From a virus: DNA of 56,220 nt. Where the stretch lies: the IMG/VR virus record IMGVR_UViG_3300028422_000156; one strand, given 5' to 3'. Numbering within the stretch: the stretch's first letter is position 1; every line of letters begins with the position of its first letter. Positions 1 through 8,170 of the stretch are shown piece by piece. The position numbers and the translations under genes were made by a program. Below the pieces are notes generated by a model. It was not told the DNA's origin, did no database searches, and worked only from the letters and a program-made list of their open reading frames with translations.

Positions 1-2
1 AC

Positions 3-410
3 ATGGCAACAGGTAAACAAGCAAAAGGTTTCAAAGAAAAAGCTTGTAAGTTCTGTGGTGAGTTGTTCACACCTCTTGCACCATCGCACCTATACTGTTC
101 TCAAGATTGCGCCGACAACGGATGGTCTGAGAAGTATCTGAAGCGTACCTACGGTATCGACTTTGACGAGTGGGTGTGTATGTTCGAGAAAGCAGAAGGG
201 AAGTGTGCCCTCTGTGGATCGAATGGTTTCAAGCTCAACCCTAAATCTTTCCTTACTCTTGTTGTTGATCATGATCATAACACCGGGAAGATTCGTGGGA
301 TGCTTTGTCATAATTGCAACAGAGCACTAGGGTTATTGCATGATGATACAAATGTCCTCCAGAAAGCTATCGATTATTTGGGAAGTGCAACGACTATCCG
401 AGAGGAGTAG
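3..410 (+). CDS. Intron-encoded HNH / endonuclease VII-family homing endonuclease (probable true start is ATG 56052 across the junction)
   Basis: Contains CKFCG..CSQDC and CALCG...LVVDHDHNTGKIRGMLCHNCNRALG, an EndoVII/HNH signature. It lies inside the intron. An in-frame ATG at 56052 has a GAGG SD 5 nt upstream. Confidence 0.8.
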   Translation: MATGKQAKGFKEKACKFCGELFTPLAPSHLYCSQDCADNGWSEKYLKRTYGIDFDEWVCMFEKAEGKCALCGSNGFKLNPKSFLTLVVDHDHNTGKIRGMLCHNCNRALGLLHDDTNVLQKAIDYLGSATTIREE

Positions 411-437
411 AGTCAAGCGACTCGAAGCGGTGGGGTT

Positions 438-452
438 TGTCGAAGATCGACA
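438..452 (-). repeat. 15-bp palindrome family copy 1 (TGTCGAAGATCGACA)
   Basis: Exact match. The flanks TT..TT orient it on the - strand. It lies inside the intron, 28 nt after the HNH stop. Confidence 0.9.
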
Positions 453-535
453 TTCATGATATAGTCTGATCTTATGTGAAAGCATAAGCTGGTTTCGTAC
501 CGGGGTAGGAGTAGCGAACCTGCCTGAACATAATG

Positions 536-1029
536 TGATGTATAACGCCGGACCTGCTAAGTTAGGAGCAATCCTAGGTAAAAGTTCGGTGGTAGGTAAG
601 CGTAACAAGGATCGGTTCATGAAGAAGTACAAATGCTATCATGAATTGGTACAGAGTCTTGAGCAAGCTTTAGAAGCTAACGGTGGCTGGATCTATGGAC
701 TAGATGGCCGCCGATTCTACGTCAGGAATAAGAAGGATGTTCTCAACACCTGCCTTCAAGGTAACAGTGCGATCATCTTTAAGACGTGGATGGTAATGCT
801 CGATAAAGAACGTCAGTTGTTTGAAGAGAAACACAAGGTAACCCTACGTCAAATCATTGCTTACCACGATGAGCTTCAGTTTGAATTGTACTCTGATGAT
901 AAGGAGTTAGCTGAAGAGTGGGGTGCAATCGCTGTAGAGACTGCGGCCAAGGTTGGTCGTATGTTTAACTTGAATATCCCGGTCGGAGCAGAAGCTAAGG
1001 TCGGAAATAATTGGGCCGAGTGCCACTAA
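536..1029 (+). CDS. DNA polymerase (family A, T7 gp5-like), exon 2
   Basis: The predicted splice gives ..KTELYAL|MYNAGPAKLGAILG, which matches T7 KTFIYGFLYGAGDEKIG (motif B). YHDELQFE downstream is motif C. Confidence 0.85.
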
Positions 1030-1032
1030 ATT

Positions 1033-1047
1033 TGTCGAAGATCGACA
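1033..1047 (-). repeat. 15-bp palindrome family copy 2 (TGTCGAAGATCGACA)
   Basis: Exact match 4 nt after the pol stop and 16 nt before ATG 1063. Flanks TT..TT (reverse orientation). Confidence 0.9.
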
Positions 1048-1062
1048 TTACGGAGAATACAA

Positions 1063-2412
1063 ATGAGCAAATTTGAAAAGAATGAAATCATCGTAGCAGT
1101 TGAGTCCGGTAGCTTTGACCTCAAGGCTGGTTCGAAGTACATTGTTACTGGCTCTGGTGGTGAGACCTCAGTATACTGCCGGTGTCTGGATGAGGACGCT
1201 CGTGGTCTGGACTACATCCACGCTGACCGGTGCTTCGTTGCTGCCGAGAAGTTCCTTGATTTCCAAGAGGGCGACAAGGTAGTCTGTATCCGGTGCAAGA
1301 GTAGAGACCATCGCTTCCTTACTCCCAAGGCCATCAACAACGGTCGTACCATCTTCACTATCGCTAGTGTTAATGGGGAGTTCGTTGAGCTTGAGGAAGA
1401 TGACAAATCTGAGGAATACTTCTCCAACCGCTTCGTTGTTGTCGAACGCCATGCCCCTATCGTATCACCATTCGAAGAAGGTGGTTACGCTATATGTAAG
1501 CAGTCTCCTTCGTGTACTTCTGTTACTGAAGGCAAGAAGTACCTTGTCACTGAAGTTGATACATCTGATGATACCATCAAGATCATGCAGGACAACGGCA
1601 CCGAGCGTTGGGTAAGCATCATGTACTTTGTTCCGGCTGGTAGTTCTGAGGTGGTTACTCCTCTTCCCAACTGTCCCAAGGTAGGCCAGTGGGTTCAGGT
1701 GGTGGATACTCACATGGATGTTACTGCTGGCAAGTGGTATGAGGTTATAGCAGCAGACTCCAACGGTGGGTGGATCGAGGTCATCGATGATGTTGATGAT
1801 ACCTGGACCATGCGACTCACTAAAATATCCAAGGAGTTCAAGGATGAAAAGCCTGTGGTTATCAATATTGGTGATTGGATTACTTTGAAGAGGGATGAGG
1901 GTTCAGACATCACCTTCGGAAAATACTACGAGGTTGTAAGTATCCGAAATAGTTACAAAGTATTTTACAACATCATCGATAATGCTGGTTATAAGCGTGA
2001 CATCGCTATCAGTCGCATTGATACCACAAAGATTCTCACCGAAGAACCCACCGAAATCAAAGGTGATTCCTGGGGGTTCAATGTAACTACTGAGGATGCT
2101 GTCGACTATACTGAGGTACGCAAAGCCTTAAATCGCAAGAATCCGGTGGCTGTCATCCAGAGTTCTGTCGATGATGATGCGGTAGTATACATCCACATGA
2201 GCCTCTCTTCCCGCCTTCATAGCCAGGATGCCCCGTTCCCTGGAGATCGTCTGATTCAGGCATTCGAGGACTCTGCCGCATTCCTGATTCCCAACAAGGA
2301 TCTGGAAGGTTTTGTTGCCATGCTGAAGAATGCATACAACACTCCGTTCGTAAGTGAGGGTCGCCGTGATGTAAAGGTCACCCTTATTGATATGAAAGGT
2401 GATCGTAAGTAA
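1063..2412 (+). CDS. Hypothetical protein with five tandem ~55-aa SH3/Tudor-like repeats
   Basis: 449-aa ORF with SD GGAGAA upstream. It has a repeated G(D/Q)(K/W)V..(T)xGK(Y/W)YEV pattern (GDKVVCIRC, GQWVQVVD, GDWITLKRD). Confidence 0.6.
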   Translation: MSKFEKNEIIVAVESGSFDLKAGSKYIVTGSGGETSVYCRCLDEDARGLDYIHADRCFVAAEKFLDFQEGDKVVCIRCKSRDHRFLTPKAINNGRTIFTIASVNGEFVELEEDDKSEEYFSNRFVVVERHAPIVSPFEEGGYAICKQSPSCTSVTEGKKYLVTEVDTSDDTIKIMQDNGTERWVSIMYFVPAGSSEVVTPLPNCPKVGQWVQVVDTHMDVTAGKWYEVIAADSNGGWIEVIDDVDDTWTMRLTKISKEFKDEKPVVINIGDWITLKRDEGSDITFGKYYEVVSIRNSYKVFYNIIDNAGYKRDIAISRIDTTKILTEEPTEIKGDSWGFNVTTEDAVDYTEVRKALNRKNPVAVIQSSVDDDAVVYIHMSLSSRLHSQDAPFPGDRLIQAFEDSAAFLIPNKDLEGFVAMLKNAYNTPFVSEGRRDVKVTLIDMKGDRK

Positions 2413-2965
2413 TAAACCAAAACCTGAAGTCCACGGTCGTCCTAATCCTGAGGACATAAATGTTGCAGACTATGACCCGCTGATATACAAATTCATCCAC
2501 GGCTACGCCAGGACGTATGGAGCAATCATTGTTGAGAACATCGAGGACTTCTATGCAGTAGGACTTGAGGGGATCATGAAGGCTAAGAAAGCTTATGACC
2601 CCTCAAGGGGTACGTTCGTAACCATCGCTTACTATAAAGTATTTACAGAGGTGAGCAAACTCTATAGGAAACTTGTGAAGGAGTACGAGCATTGTGACTT
2701 GAGTACCGAAGAGCAGACAGAGATGCACCAACGTAGTGTGAGTGATGCGCTTGGATCTGCTATAGGTTCGTCTGTAGACTACAGTGCCTTGGGTAGAATC
2801 TTAAGTGTCGAAGATCGACAATTATATTACTGCCTACTTCACAACAAAACAATGACTGAAACCTGCAAGGAACTTCACATATCAAAGGAGGATTATCGTG
2901 AAAGAGTAGCTACCCTGAAGGACACCATCATTGAACACCATCGATTCATCAACGGAATTATTTAA
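2399..2965 (+). CDS. Phage-encoded sigma-70-family sigma factor
   Basis: Region 2-like GLEGIMKAKKAYDPSRGTFVTIAYYKVFTEV and region 4-like HTH LSVEDRQLYYCLLHNKTMTETCKELHISKEDY. GTG start overlaps the upstream stop. Confidence 0.75.
   Translation: MIVSNKPKPEVHGRPNPEDINVADYDPLIYKFIHGYARTYGAIIVENIEDFYAVGLEGIMKAKKAYDPSRGTFVTIAYYKVFTEVSKLYRKLVKEYEHCDLSTEEQTEMHQRSVSDALGSAIGSSVDYSALGRILSVEDRQLYYCLLHNKTMTETCKELHISKEDYRERVATLKDTIIEHHRFINGII
2806..2820 (+). repeat. 15-bp palindrome family copy 3 (TGTCGAAGATCGACA)
   Basis: Exact match inside the sigma-factor ORF, read as V-E-D-R-Q. Confidence 0.9.
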
Positions 2966-2982
2966 GCTATCTGGAGAATACT

Positions 2983-3450
2983 ATGACTCGCAATCCCAAC
3001 TTCGAAGTTCGTACCAAATATGTAATGTCCAATGTCACCCTCTTCTACCCGAAGGTTTTCAGAGATCACCTCGATGAGTACGAGGGTAAGGAACGCTACA
3101 AAGTAACCCTCGCCCTGGAGCCGGAGAAGGCAGCAAAGATGGAGGACCAAGGGTTCAACATCAAGTATGATGAGGACAACAATGCCTTCGTCGATGCCTT
3201 CCGCAACAAGATGATCAAGAAGAATACCAAGGAGATGCCGCCGCCCATCATCAAGTTCGCCGATGGTACTCCTTACGATGTCGATGTACACGGGTTCATC
3301 GGCAACGGTACTGTGGCTGATGTCCATGTCAACAGTGTGTACACCAAGGTAGGTAAAGAGGTTTACCTGCCGATGTATTTGGATGAGATCCACATCATCG
3401 AACTGGTTCCCTACGGTGGTGATGCTGTCGACGGTGACTCTGTAATCTAA
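2983..3450 (+). CDS. ssDNA-binding protein, T7 gp2.5-like (tentative)
   Basis: 155-aa ORF with SD GGAGAA upstream, an acidic C-terminal tail (GGDAVDGDSVI), and a position inside the replication module. Family assignment is from recalled pattern only. Confidence 0.5.
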   Translation: MTRNPNFEVRTKYVMSNVTLFYPKVFRDHLDEYEGKERYKVTLALEPEKAAKMEDQGFNIKYDEDNNAFVDAFRNKMIKKNTKEMPPPIIKFADGTPYDVDVHGFIGNGTVADVHVNSVYTKVGKEVYLPMYLDEIHIIELVPYGGDAVDGDSVI

Positions 3451-3641
3451 TGGAGCCTAAAATCGTAAGGTGCCCTCGCTGTGATGGCGATGGTAAAGTA
3501 TTCTCAGGATACTATGGTCACCCGGAGACTTCTTCGGGTGGCCCTATCATGCACAGGTGTAGCGTCTGTGAAGGTGATGGTTTTGTTACAGAACGTGAAA
3601 GAACTAAATACATAGCGAGTCGAATACCGGACTTCTGCTAG
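3450..3641 (+). CDS. Small DnaJ-type zinc-finger protein
   Basis: Two CxxCxGxG motifs (CPRCDGDGKV, CSVCEGDGFV). ATG overlaps the upstream TAA. Confidence 0.6.
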   Translation: MEPKIVRCPRCDGDGKVFSGYYGHPETSSGGPIMHRCSVCEGDGFVTERERTKYIASRIPDFC

Positions 3642-3648
3642 GAGAGTT

Positions 3649-4662
3649 TTGGGAAAACTTACACTTGATGATCTCTTTGATCCTAAGTACAGGGTCAAGC
3701 AACTCAACCTCTTAATCGACGGTGATGTGTATGCACATAAGGCATCGTCTGTAACTGATGGCCGGATGTATGAAGTCGGTAAGAGCATCTTTAAATATAA
3801 GAAGGACGCAGATAAGTACGTCTCTGAGAATGGTGGTACGATTGAAGTAACGTATCAACCTGAGCCGTTTAAGCATTGCACCCGTACCTTACGTGCTATG
3901 TTCGAGGCCATCGAGAGTGCGCTGGAGCATAAGACCGATAGTTTGGTAAGTAAGTATTACCTGACAGGTTCCTTGAACTTCAGATCCGACATCCTTGAGC
4001 ATTACAAATGGAATCGCTTAGGTGTCGATGAAGTAATCAAACGATGCAACGGTGACGAAGAAAAGGCCCGTGCAATCCTTAAGATGAAACCTGCTACTTT
4101 CGAGAAGCAGAAAGGTGTTGTACCTCGAAGACCTTTTCATCTTAAGAGAACGAAAGAGTACATCTCCGAAAGACTAGGGGCAACACAAGTAGACTACCTC
4201 GAAGCTGATGATCTTATTGGCATCGAGGCTGATCGCTTGCGTCGTTTAGGCGAGGACTTCGTTATCGTAAGTACCGATAAAGACCTCAACTGTATCCCTG
4301 GGTGGCATTACAACTCTGACCGTGATGAGATCTATCATGTATCTGAGTCGGAAGCAATGTACAATTTCTACTACCAGTGTCTCCTTGGTGATAAGACTGA
4401 CAACATTCCTGGTATTCCTGGAGTGGGTGAGGCTAAGGCTACTGCGGTACTCAAAGGTATCGAGGGTAGTTCTGAGGAAGACTACTACAGGGCCGTACTC
4501 GATAGGTGGACTGTTGCCTATGGTGATGATGCACCTTCTGTTATGCTGAAGTCTGCACAATGCTTGTGGATTCTGCAAGACTCAAGTTCGAAACCTATTG
4601 TCGAGAAAACTTGGCAACCACCTGAAATGTCGAAGATCGACAAAACTGAGGAAGTCAAATGA
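3649..4662 (+). CDS. 5'-3' exonuclease / flap endonuclease (T7 gp6 / T5 D15-like)
   Basis: LEADDLIG, VIVSTDKDL and LLGDKTDNIPGIPGVGEAKA (H3TH) motifs. TTG start follows a GGAG SD. Confidence 0.85.
   Translation: MGKLTLDDLFDPKYRVKQLNLLIDGDVYAHKASSVTDGRMYEVGKSIFKYKKDADKYVSENGGTIEVTYQPEPFKHCTRTLRAMFEAIESALEHKTDSLVSKYYLTGSLNFRSDILEHYKWNRLGVDEVIKRCNGDEEKARAILKMKPATFEKQKGVVPRRPFHLKRTKEYISERLGATQVDYLEADDLIGIEADRLRRLGEDFVIVSTDKDLNCIPGWHYNSDRDEIYHVSESEAMYNFYYQCLLGDKTDNIPGIPGVGEAKATAVLKGIEGSSEEDYYRAVLDRWTVAYGDDAPSVMLKSAQCLWILQDSSSKPIVEKTWQPPEMSKIDKTEEVK
4628..4642 (+). repeat. 15-bp palindrome family copy 4 (TGTCGAAGATCGACA)
   Basis: Exact match in the last 35 nt of the exonuclease ORF (M-S-K-I-D-K), 17 nt before ATG 4659. 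Confidence 0.9.
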
Positions 4663-4928
4663 AAAAATTGTTTGCTATAGTTTTTGCAATTTGCTTAGGG
4701 CTGATTGTGACTGGTTGTAATTCTAACCGATTTGCCGAGGATACTATGACGGTAACTTCTATCGAGGTATCAAATTTTCCACGGTACGGAAAGAACTTCT
4801 ATATAATTACAAGCAGGACTGGAGCGAAGCATCACTTCTTCTCTAATAAAGATTTTAAAATAGGCGACAAGCTGGTCCTATCTACGGACTCAACTGGAGG
4901 GGCGTGCGTAAACGATTTGCAAAAGTAA
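4659..4928 (+). CDS. Putative lipoprotein
   Basis: Signal peptide plus lipobox: MKKLFAIVFAICLGLIVTG|C. Confidence 0.65.
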   Translation: MKKLFAIVFAICLGLIVTGCNSNRFAEDTMTVTSIEVSNFPRYGKNFYIITSRTGAKHHFFSNKDFKIGDKLVLSTDSTGGACVNDLQK

Positions 4929-5404
4929 ATGCTTGGTGTCGAAAGAACTTCTATCCTTACAAGAATGAATTCGAGAAACGTATCCACGAACAACTGACCA
5001 CCTTCGACTACGAAGACAAGAAGCGTAAGGTCAAGTACACTATAGAGGCAACCTACAACCCTGACTTCACAAGTGCCGATCATCCTTGGCTACTGGTCGA
5101 GGCGAAAGGTATCTTTCAGGGAGGATCTAAGGAAGCTTCGAAGTACGTGTGGGTCAAGCGTAACCATCCGAACCTGGAGTTAATCTTCATCTTTGATCGT
5201 CCTAACACTAAAGCTTACACTGGTTGCAAGCGTAGAGCGGATGGTTCATACCTGACTCTTGGTGAGTGGTCGGCAAAGAATGGGTTTGCTTTCTTCCAAG
5301 CATCTGATCTTCCGACTGAACTTGTCGAAGGTACAGTTACCCGTGAGTGGCTCGAAGGTATCAAGCGTATGCAGAGATTGCAGTACGGTTTCAAGGTGGT
5401 GTGA
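4904..5404 (+). CDS. Endodeoxyribonuclease I / Holliday-junction resolvase (T7 gp3-like)
   Basis: YNPDF....LLVEAKG core typical of the T7 endonuclease I family. Located in the replication/recombination module. Confidence 0.65.
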   Translation: MRKRFAKVNAWCRKNFYPYKNEFEKRIHEQLTTFDYEDKKRKVKYTIEATYNPDFTSADHPWLLVEAKGIFQGGSKEASKYVWVKRNHPNLELIFIFDRPNTKAYTGCKRRADGSYLTLGEWSAKNGFAFFQASDLPTELVEGTVTREWLEGIKRMQRLQYGFKVV

Positions 5405-5405
5405 T

Positions 5406-6092
5406 ATGGGATCAACTTTAGTTATTGGGGATACTCATTTCCCCTATCATCATCCGGATACGTTCGAGTTCCTGAGTGCTGTTATCGCCAAGCATAGGCC
5501 AGATCGTTTCATTCATGTGGGAGATCTCACCGATTCGTATGCATTCAGCAGGTATCCGAAAGATCCTGAGTATGACGAGTGCTATACGAAAGAGTTCCAA
5601 ACTGTCCGTGAGGCAGTAAAGCAGTTGCATTTACTGATGCCTACTCTTGACATCATGCATAGTAACCACGATGATCGCCTGTGGAATCGGGCGACTGTTG
5701 CTGGTATCCCTAAGTCTGTGATGCTTCCATTTATGTCAGTCATTGGTGCTGATGGTTTTTATTGGAAGTTACATCCGGATCTTATTGTGGATGATTGGTT
5801 CTTTTGTCACTACAAAGGTGCCAACATCTTAAGAATTGCCAGTGATGCAGGGATGAGTGTCGTCCAGGGACATACGCATACGAAACTCTCAGCGCAATCA
5901 GTGACTAACTTACGTGGTCGACTGTGGGGAGTGGAGTGTGGGTGTATGCTTGGGGATGACCGGCACGCTTTCGCCTACAACAAAGCATCACTGATCCGTC
6001 CGAACCTTGGGTGTATCCTTATCGAAGACGGAAACCCTTTGGTTATTCCTATGAATCTTAACAGCGGAGGTGGGTGGAACCCTAAAGGATAA
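5406..6092 (+). CDS. Calcineurin-like metallophosphoesterase
   Basis: GDTHFP, HVGDLTD, SNHDDR and GHTH motifs. I chose the start at ATG 5406, just after the upstream stop at 5404. Confidence 0.75.
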   Translation: MGSTLVIGDTHFPYHHPDTFEFLSAVIAKHRPDRFIHVGDLTDSYAFSRYPKDPEYDECYTKEFQTVREAVKQLHLLMPTLDIMHSNHDDRLWNRATVAGIPKSVMLPFMSVIGADGFYWKLHPDLIVDDWFFCHYKGANILRIASDAGMSVVQGHTHTKLSAQSVTNLRGRLWGVECGCMLGDDRHAFAYNKASLIRPNLGCILIEDGNPLVIPMNLNSGGGWNPKG

Positions 6093-6418
6093 TGTCAAGA
6101 ACCTATCGTAAGTTTGATAAAATCGAAAAAGAGGATTATGATGAGAGCATAAAGTGGTGGGCTTGGCGTAAGTATTGTGGGCATCGTAATACCTTACGTG
6201 GGTATGAATGCTTCGAGGCAACAGCTAAGCAGGTAGAATCAATCTTATCTATGCAGAAGAGGGACCAAGTTAAAGGAGTACCTGCCCACTTTCGTAAAGG
6301 TATGGACAGACTCTACCGAACCGCTTGTCGTCGGGTAACCAACAGCATCAACCGTGGTAACTACGAAGACTACATCTATCCAGTCCTTAAGCGTGACTCT
6401 GGTTACGATTGGTACTGA
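6092..6418 (+). CDS. Hypothetical protein
   Basis: 108-aa ORF tightly packed against its neighbours, with an ATG/TAA overlap. Confidence 0.55.
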   Translation: MSRTYRKFDKIEKEDYDESIKWWAWRKYCGHRNTLRGYECFEATAKQVESILSMQKRDQVKGVPAHFRKGMDRLYRTACRRVTNSINRGNYEDYIYPVLKRDSGYDWY

Positions 6419-6426
6419 GGAGTTGA

Positions 6427-6633
6427 ATGGCTAAGCAGGGCTATGTCGGCGTAACATACCAGATGGTTGAACACAAAGGAGAGACATTGATATTCGGTTG
6501 GGGTCGTGAGATTTTTCTCTACGGCCCTAGCTTATACGATGATTTCCTTGATGAATTCTTGGATGCTTTTGTTGAGCATCCGTACTACTTCTATAACAAA
6601 TGGGATATATTGGAGAATGGTTATGAAAACTGA
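6427..6633 (+). CDS. Hypothetical protein
   Basis: 68-aa ORF with SD GAGGAG upstream. Confidence 0.5.
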   Translation: MAKQGYVGVTYQMVEHKGETLIFGWGREIFLYGPSLYDDFLDEFLDAFVEHPYYFYNKWDILENGYEN

Positions 6634-8170
6634 AGATCTTAAAGTAACAAGCAATGGTCAGCTTAAGGTAGGAGATGTAGTCAAATGCATCATGGGTAAT
6701 GAGCGCATCGCAGAGGATGAATTCTACTGTATCACAGGATTCACTGGTGGACTTAAACTGCCTACTGTTGTTCCGTATAAAATGGGTAACAAGGTAGATA
6801 GGGAGTATGGTTTTATGTGGAATCGATTCGAACTTGCTGCCTGTAACAGTGTTGAGGTCGGTGATATTGTAGAGGTTGTTGAACCTAAGCATAATCTTAA
6901 GGGTGATGCTCCTTTTGAAGTCACTTATATCTACATCGATGGTGGACGTAAGTATTTTCATGGGAAGCAAAATGGTCGAAAGTTTGTAGGTATGAATGCC
7001 ACTCGCTTTGCACCTATCAAAAATATGTCGAAGTTCGACAAACCTGTTGTATTCAACAGAGGTGATATTGTAGTATTCAATCAGCCTTATGGTGTCTCCT
7101 TCAACAAGGGCGATGTATGCAAGGTTGACCGCTGCCAACATAACGCCTCTGGTGAGGACATCCTTTACTTCATCCGACTGAATGACCTCAAGTCTGGATC
7201 TGCCTACGCTTACCGATTCGATCAGGCTGAGCTATGGTTCAAGGTAGGGGATAAGGTAACCTTTGTCGAGGATTACATGAAGTTCAAGAAAGGTGATGTG
7301 TGCAAGGTCACTAAGGTCGATAATGAAAACAGCAGCTTGGAGTATACCTTTGTAACTGTCAAGCGTATCTCTGATGATGTGGCTGGTGCTGCTTTTGCAA
7401 AACGTATGACTAAAGCCCCTGAGCTTGAGGTCGCTGCCGCTGAACTCCCTACACCACGCCTCGATAAGTTTAAGGTAGGTGATGTGGTTGTATTAAACCA
7501 GCACTATGGTGTTAAGTTCGAAGAAGGTGATGTCGTTCGTGTCACTAAGTATTCGGCTAAAAAGGATCTCCTTCCTGATTACGACTTGGTGTACTTCAAG
7601 CGTATCTCTGATGGTGAAGAAGCAGGAGCCTACGCTATGCGCTTCGATACCTACGAAGATTGGGCAGGTTACCCTTACAAAGAGCCGGTAAGAAACCCTG
7701 GATTTGAGGTTGGAAGTTATGTGAAAGCTCTCGATTCTAATGGTTACTTTGTAGAGGGACTTAGTTATAAGATCACCTCGTATAGAGAGTGGACCACTCT
7801 GAACCCTAACCGTGACACTATTACACTCGAAACCCTTGGAGGGGAGAAGGTTTCAGGTGGTGGCTATTGGGTATCCCACTTCACTCCTGTAAGTTATAAG
7901 GAAGCTGTGCTTTCCATTCCTCGTCAGAGCGCACAGATCTCACTTGAGGTTCCTGGTGGTAGCACTCCTTCTCAATATGAGTTACCTGCGGATGCCACCG
8001 AACTCCAAGATCTCATCGAGTACCGCAACATGAACTTCGCAGTTGGTAACATCTTCAAAGCTGCGTATCGCCTGGGAACAAAGGAAGGTACGAGTGCAGA
8101 GTACGATCTCAACAAGATCATCTTCTTTGCTCAACGTGAACTCGACCGCATCAAAGGTGAGAATGAGTAA
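6623..8170 (+). CDS. Hypothetical protein: six tandem SH3/Tudor-like repeats fused to a DUF3310-like C-terminus
   Basis: Repeated F(K/E)VGD.V modules (VGDVVKC, VGDIVEVV, RGDIVVF, VGDKVTF, VGDVVVL, VGSYVKA). The C-terminus NMNFAVGNIFKAAYRLGTK...DLNKIIFFAQRELDRI resembles DUF3310. I chose the start at ATG 6623, which follows a GGAGA SD. Confidence 0.6.
   Translation: MKTEDLKVTSNGQLKVGDVVKCIMGNERIAEDEFYCITGFTGGLKLPTVVPYKMGNKVDREYGFMWNRFELAACNSVEVGDIVEVVEPKHNLKGDAPFEVTYIYIDGGRKYFHGKQNGRKFVGMNATRFAPIKNMSKFDKPVVFNRGDIVVFNQPYGVSFNKGDVCKVDRCQHNASGEDILYFIRLNDLKSGSAYAYRFDQAELWFKVGDKVTFVEDYMKFKKGDVCKVTKVDNENSSLEYTFVTVKRISDDVAGAAFAKRMTKAPELEVAAAELPTPRLDKFKVGDVVVLNQHYGVKFEEGDVVRVTKYSAKKDLLPDYDLVYFKRISDGEEAGAYAMRFDTYEDWAGYPYKEPVRNPGFEVGSYVKALDSNGYFVEGLSYKITSYREWTTLNPNRDTITLETLGGEKVSGGGYWVSHFTPVSYKEAVLSIPRQSAQISLEVPGGSTPSQYELPADATELQDLIEYRNMNFAVGNIFKAAYRLGTKEGTSAEYDLNKIIFFAQRELDRIKGENE
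7026..7040 (+). repeat. 15-bp palindrome family copy 5 (TGTCGAAGTTCGACA)
   Basis: Exact match mid-ORF, read as M-S-K-F-D-K. Confidence 0.9.

Larger units (their letters stand above)
1..535 (+). mobile_element. Group I intron in the DNA polymerase gene, 3' portion (whole intron = 55875..56076 joined to 1..535 on the circular map, about 737 nt)
   Basis: Separates the two halves of pol A motif B. It ends with G535 (omega-G) just before exon 2, has a P1 helix at the 5' splice site (see entry at 55875), and carries a homing-endonuclease ORF. Confidence 0.8.
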
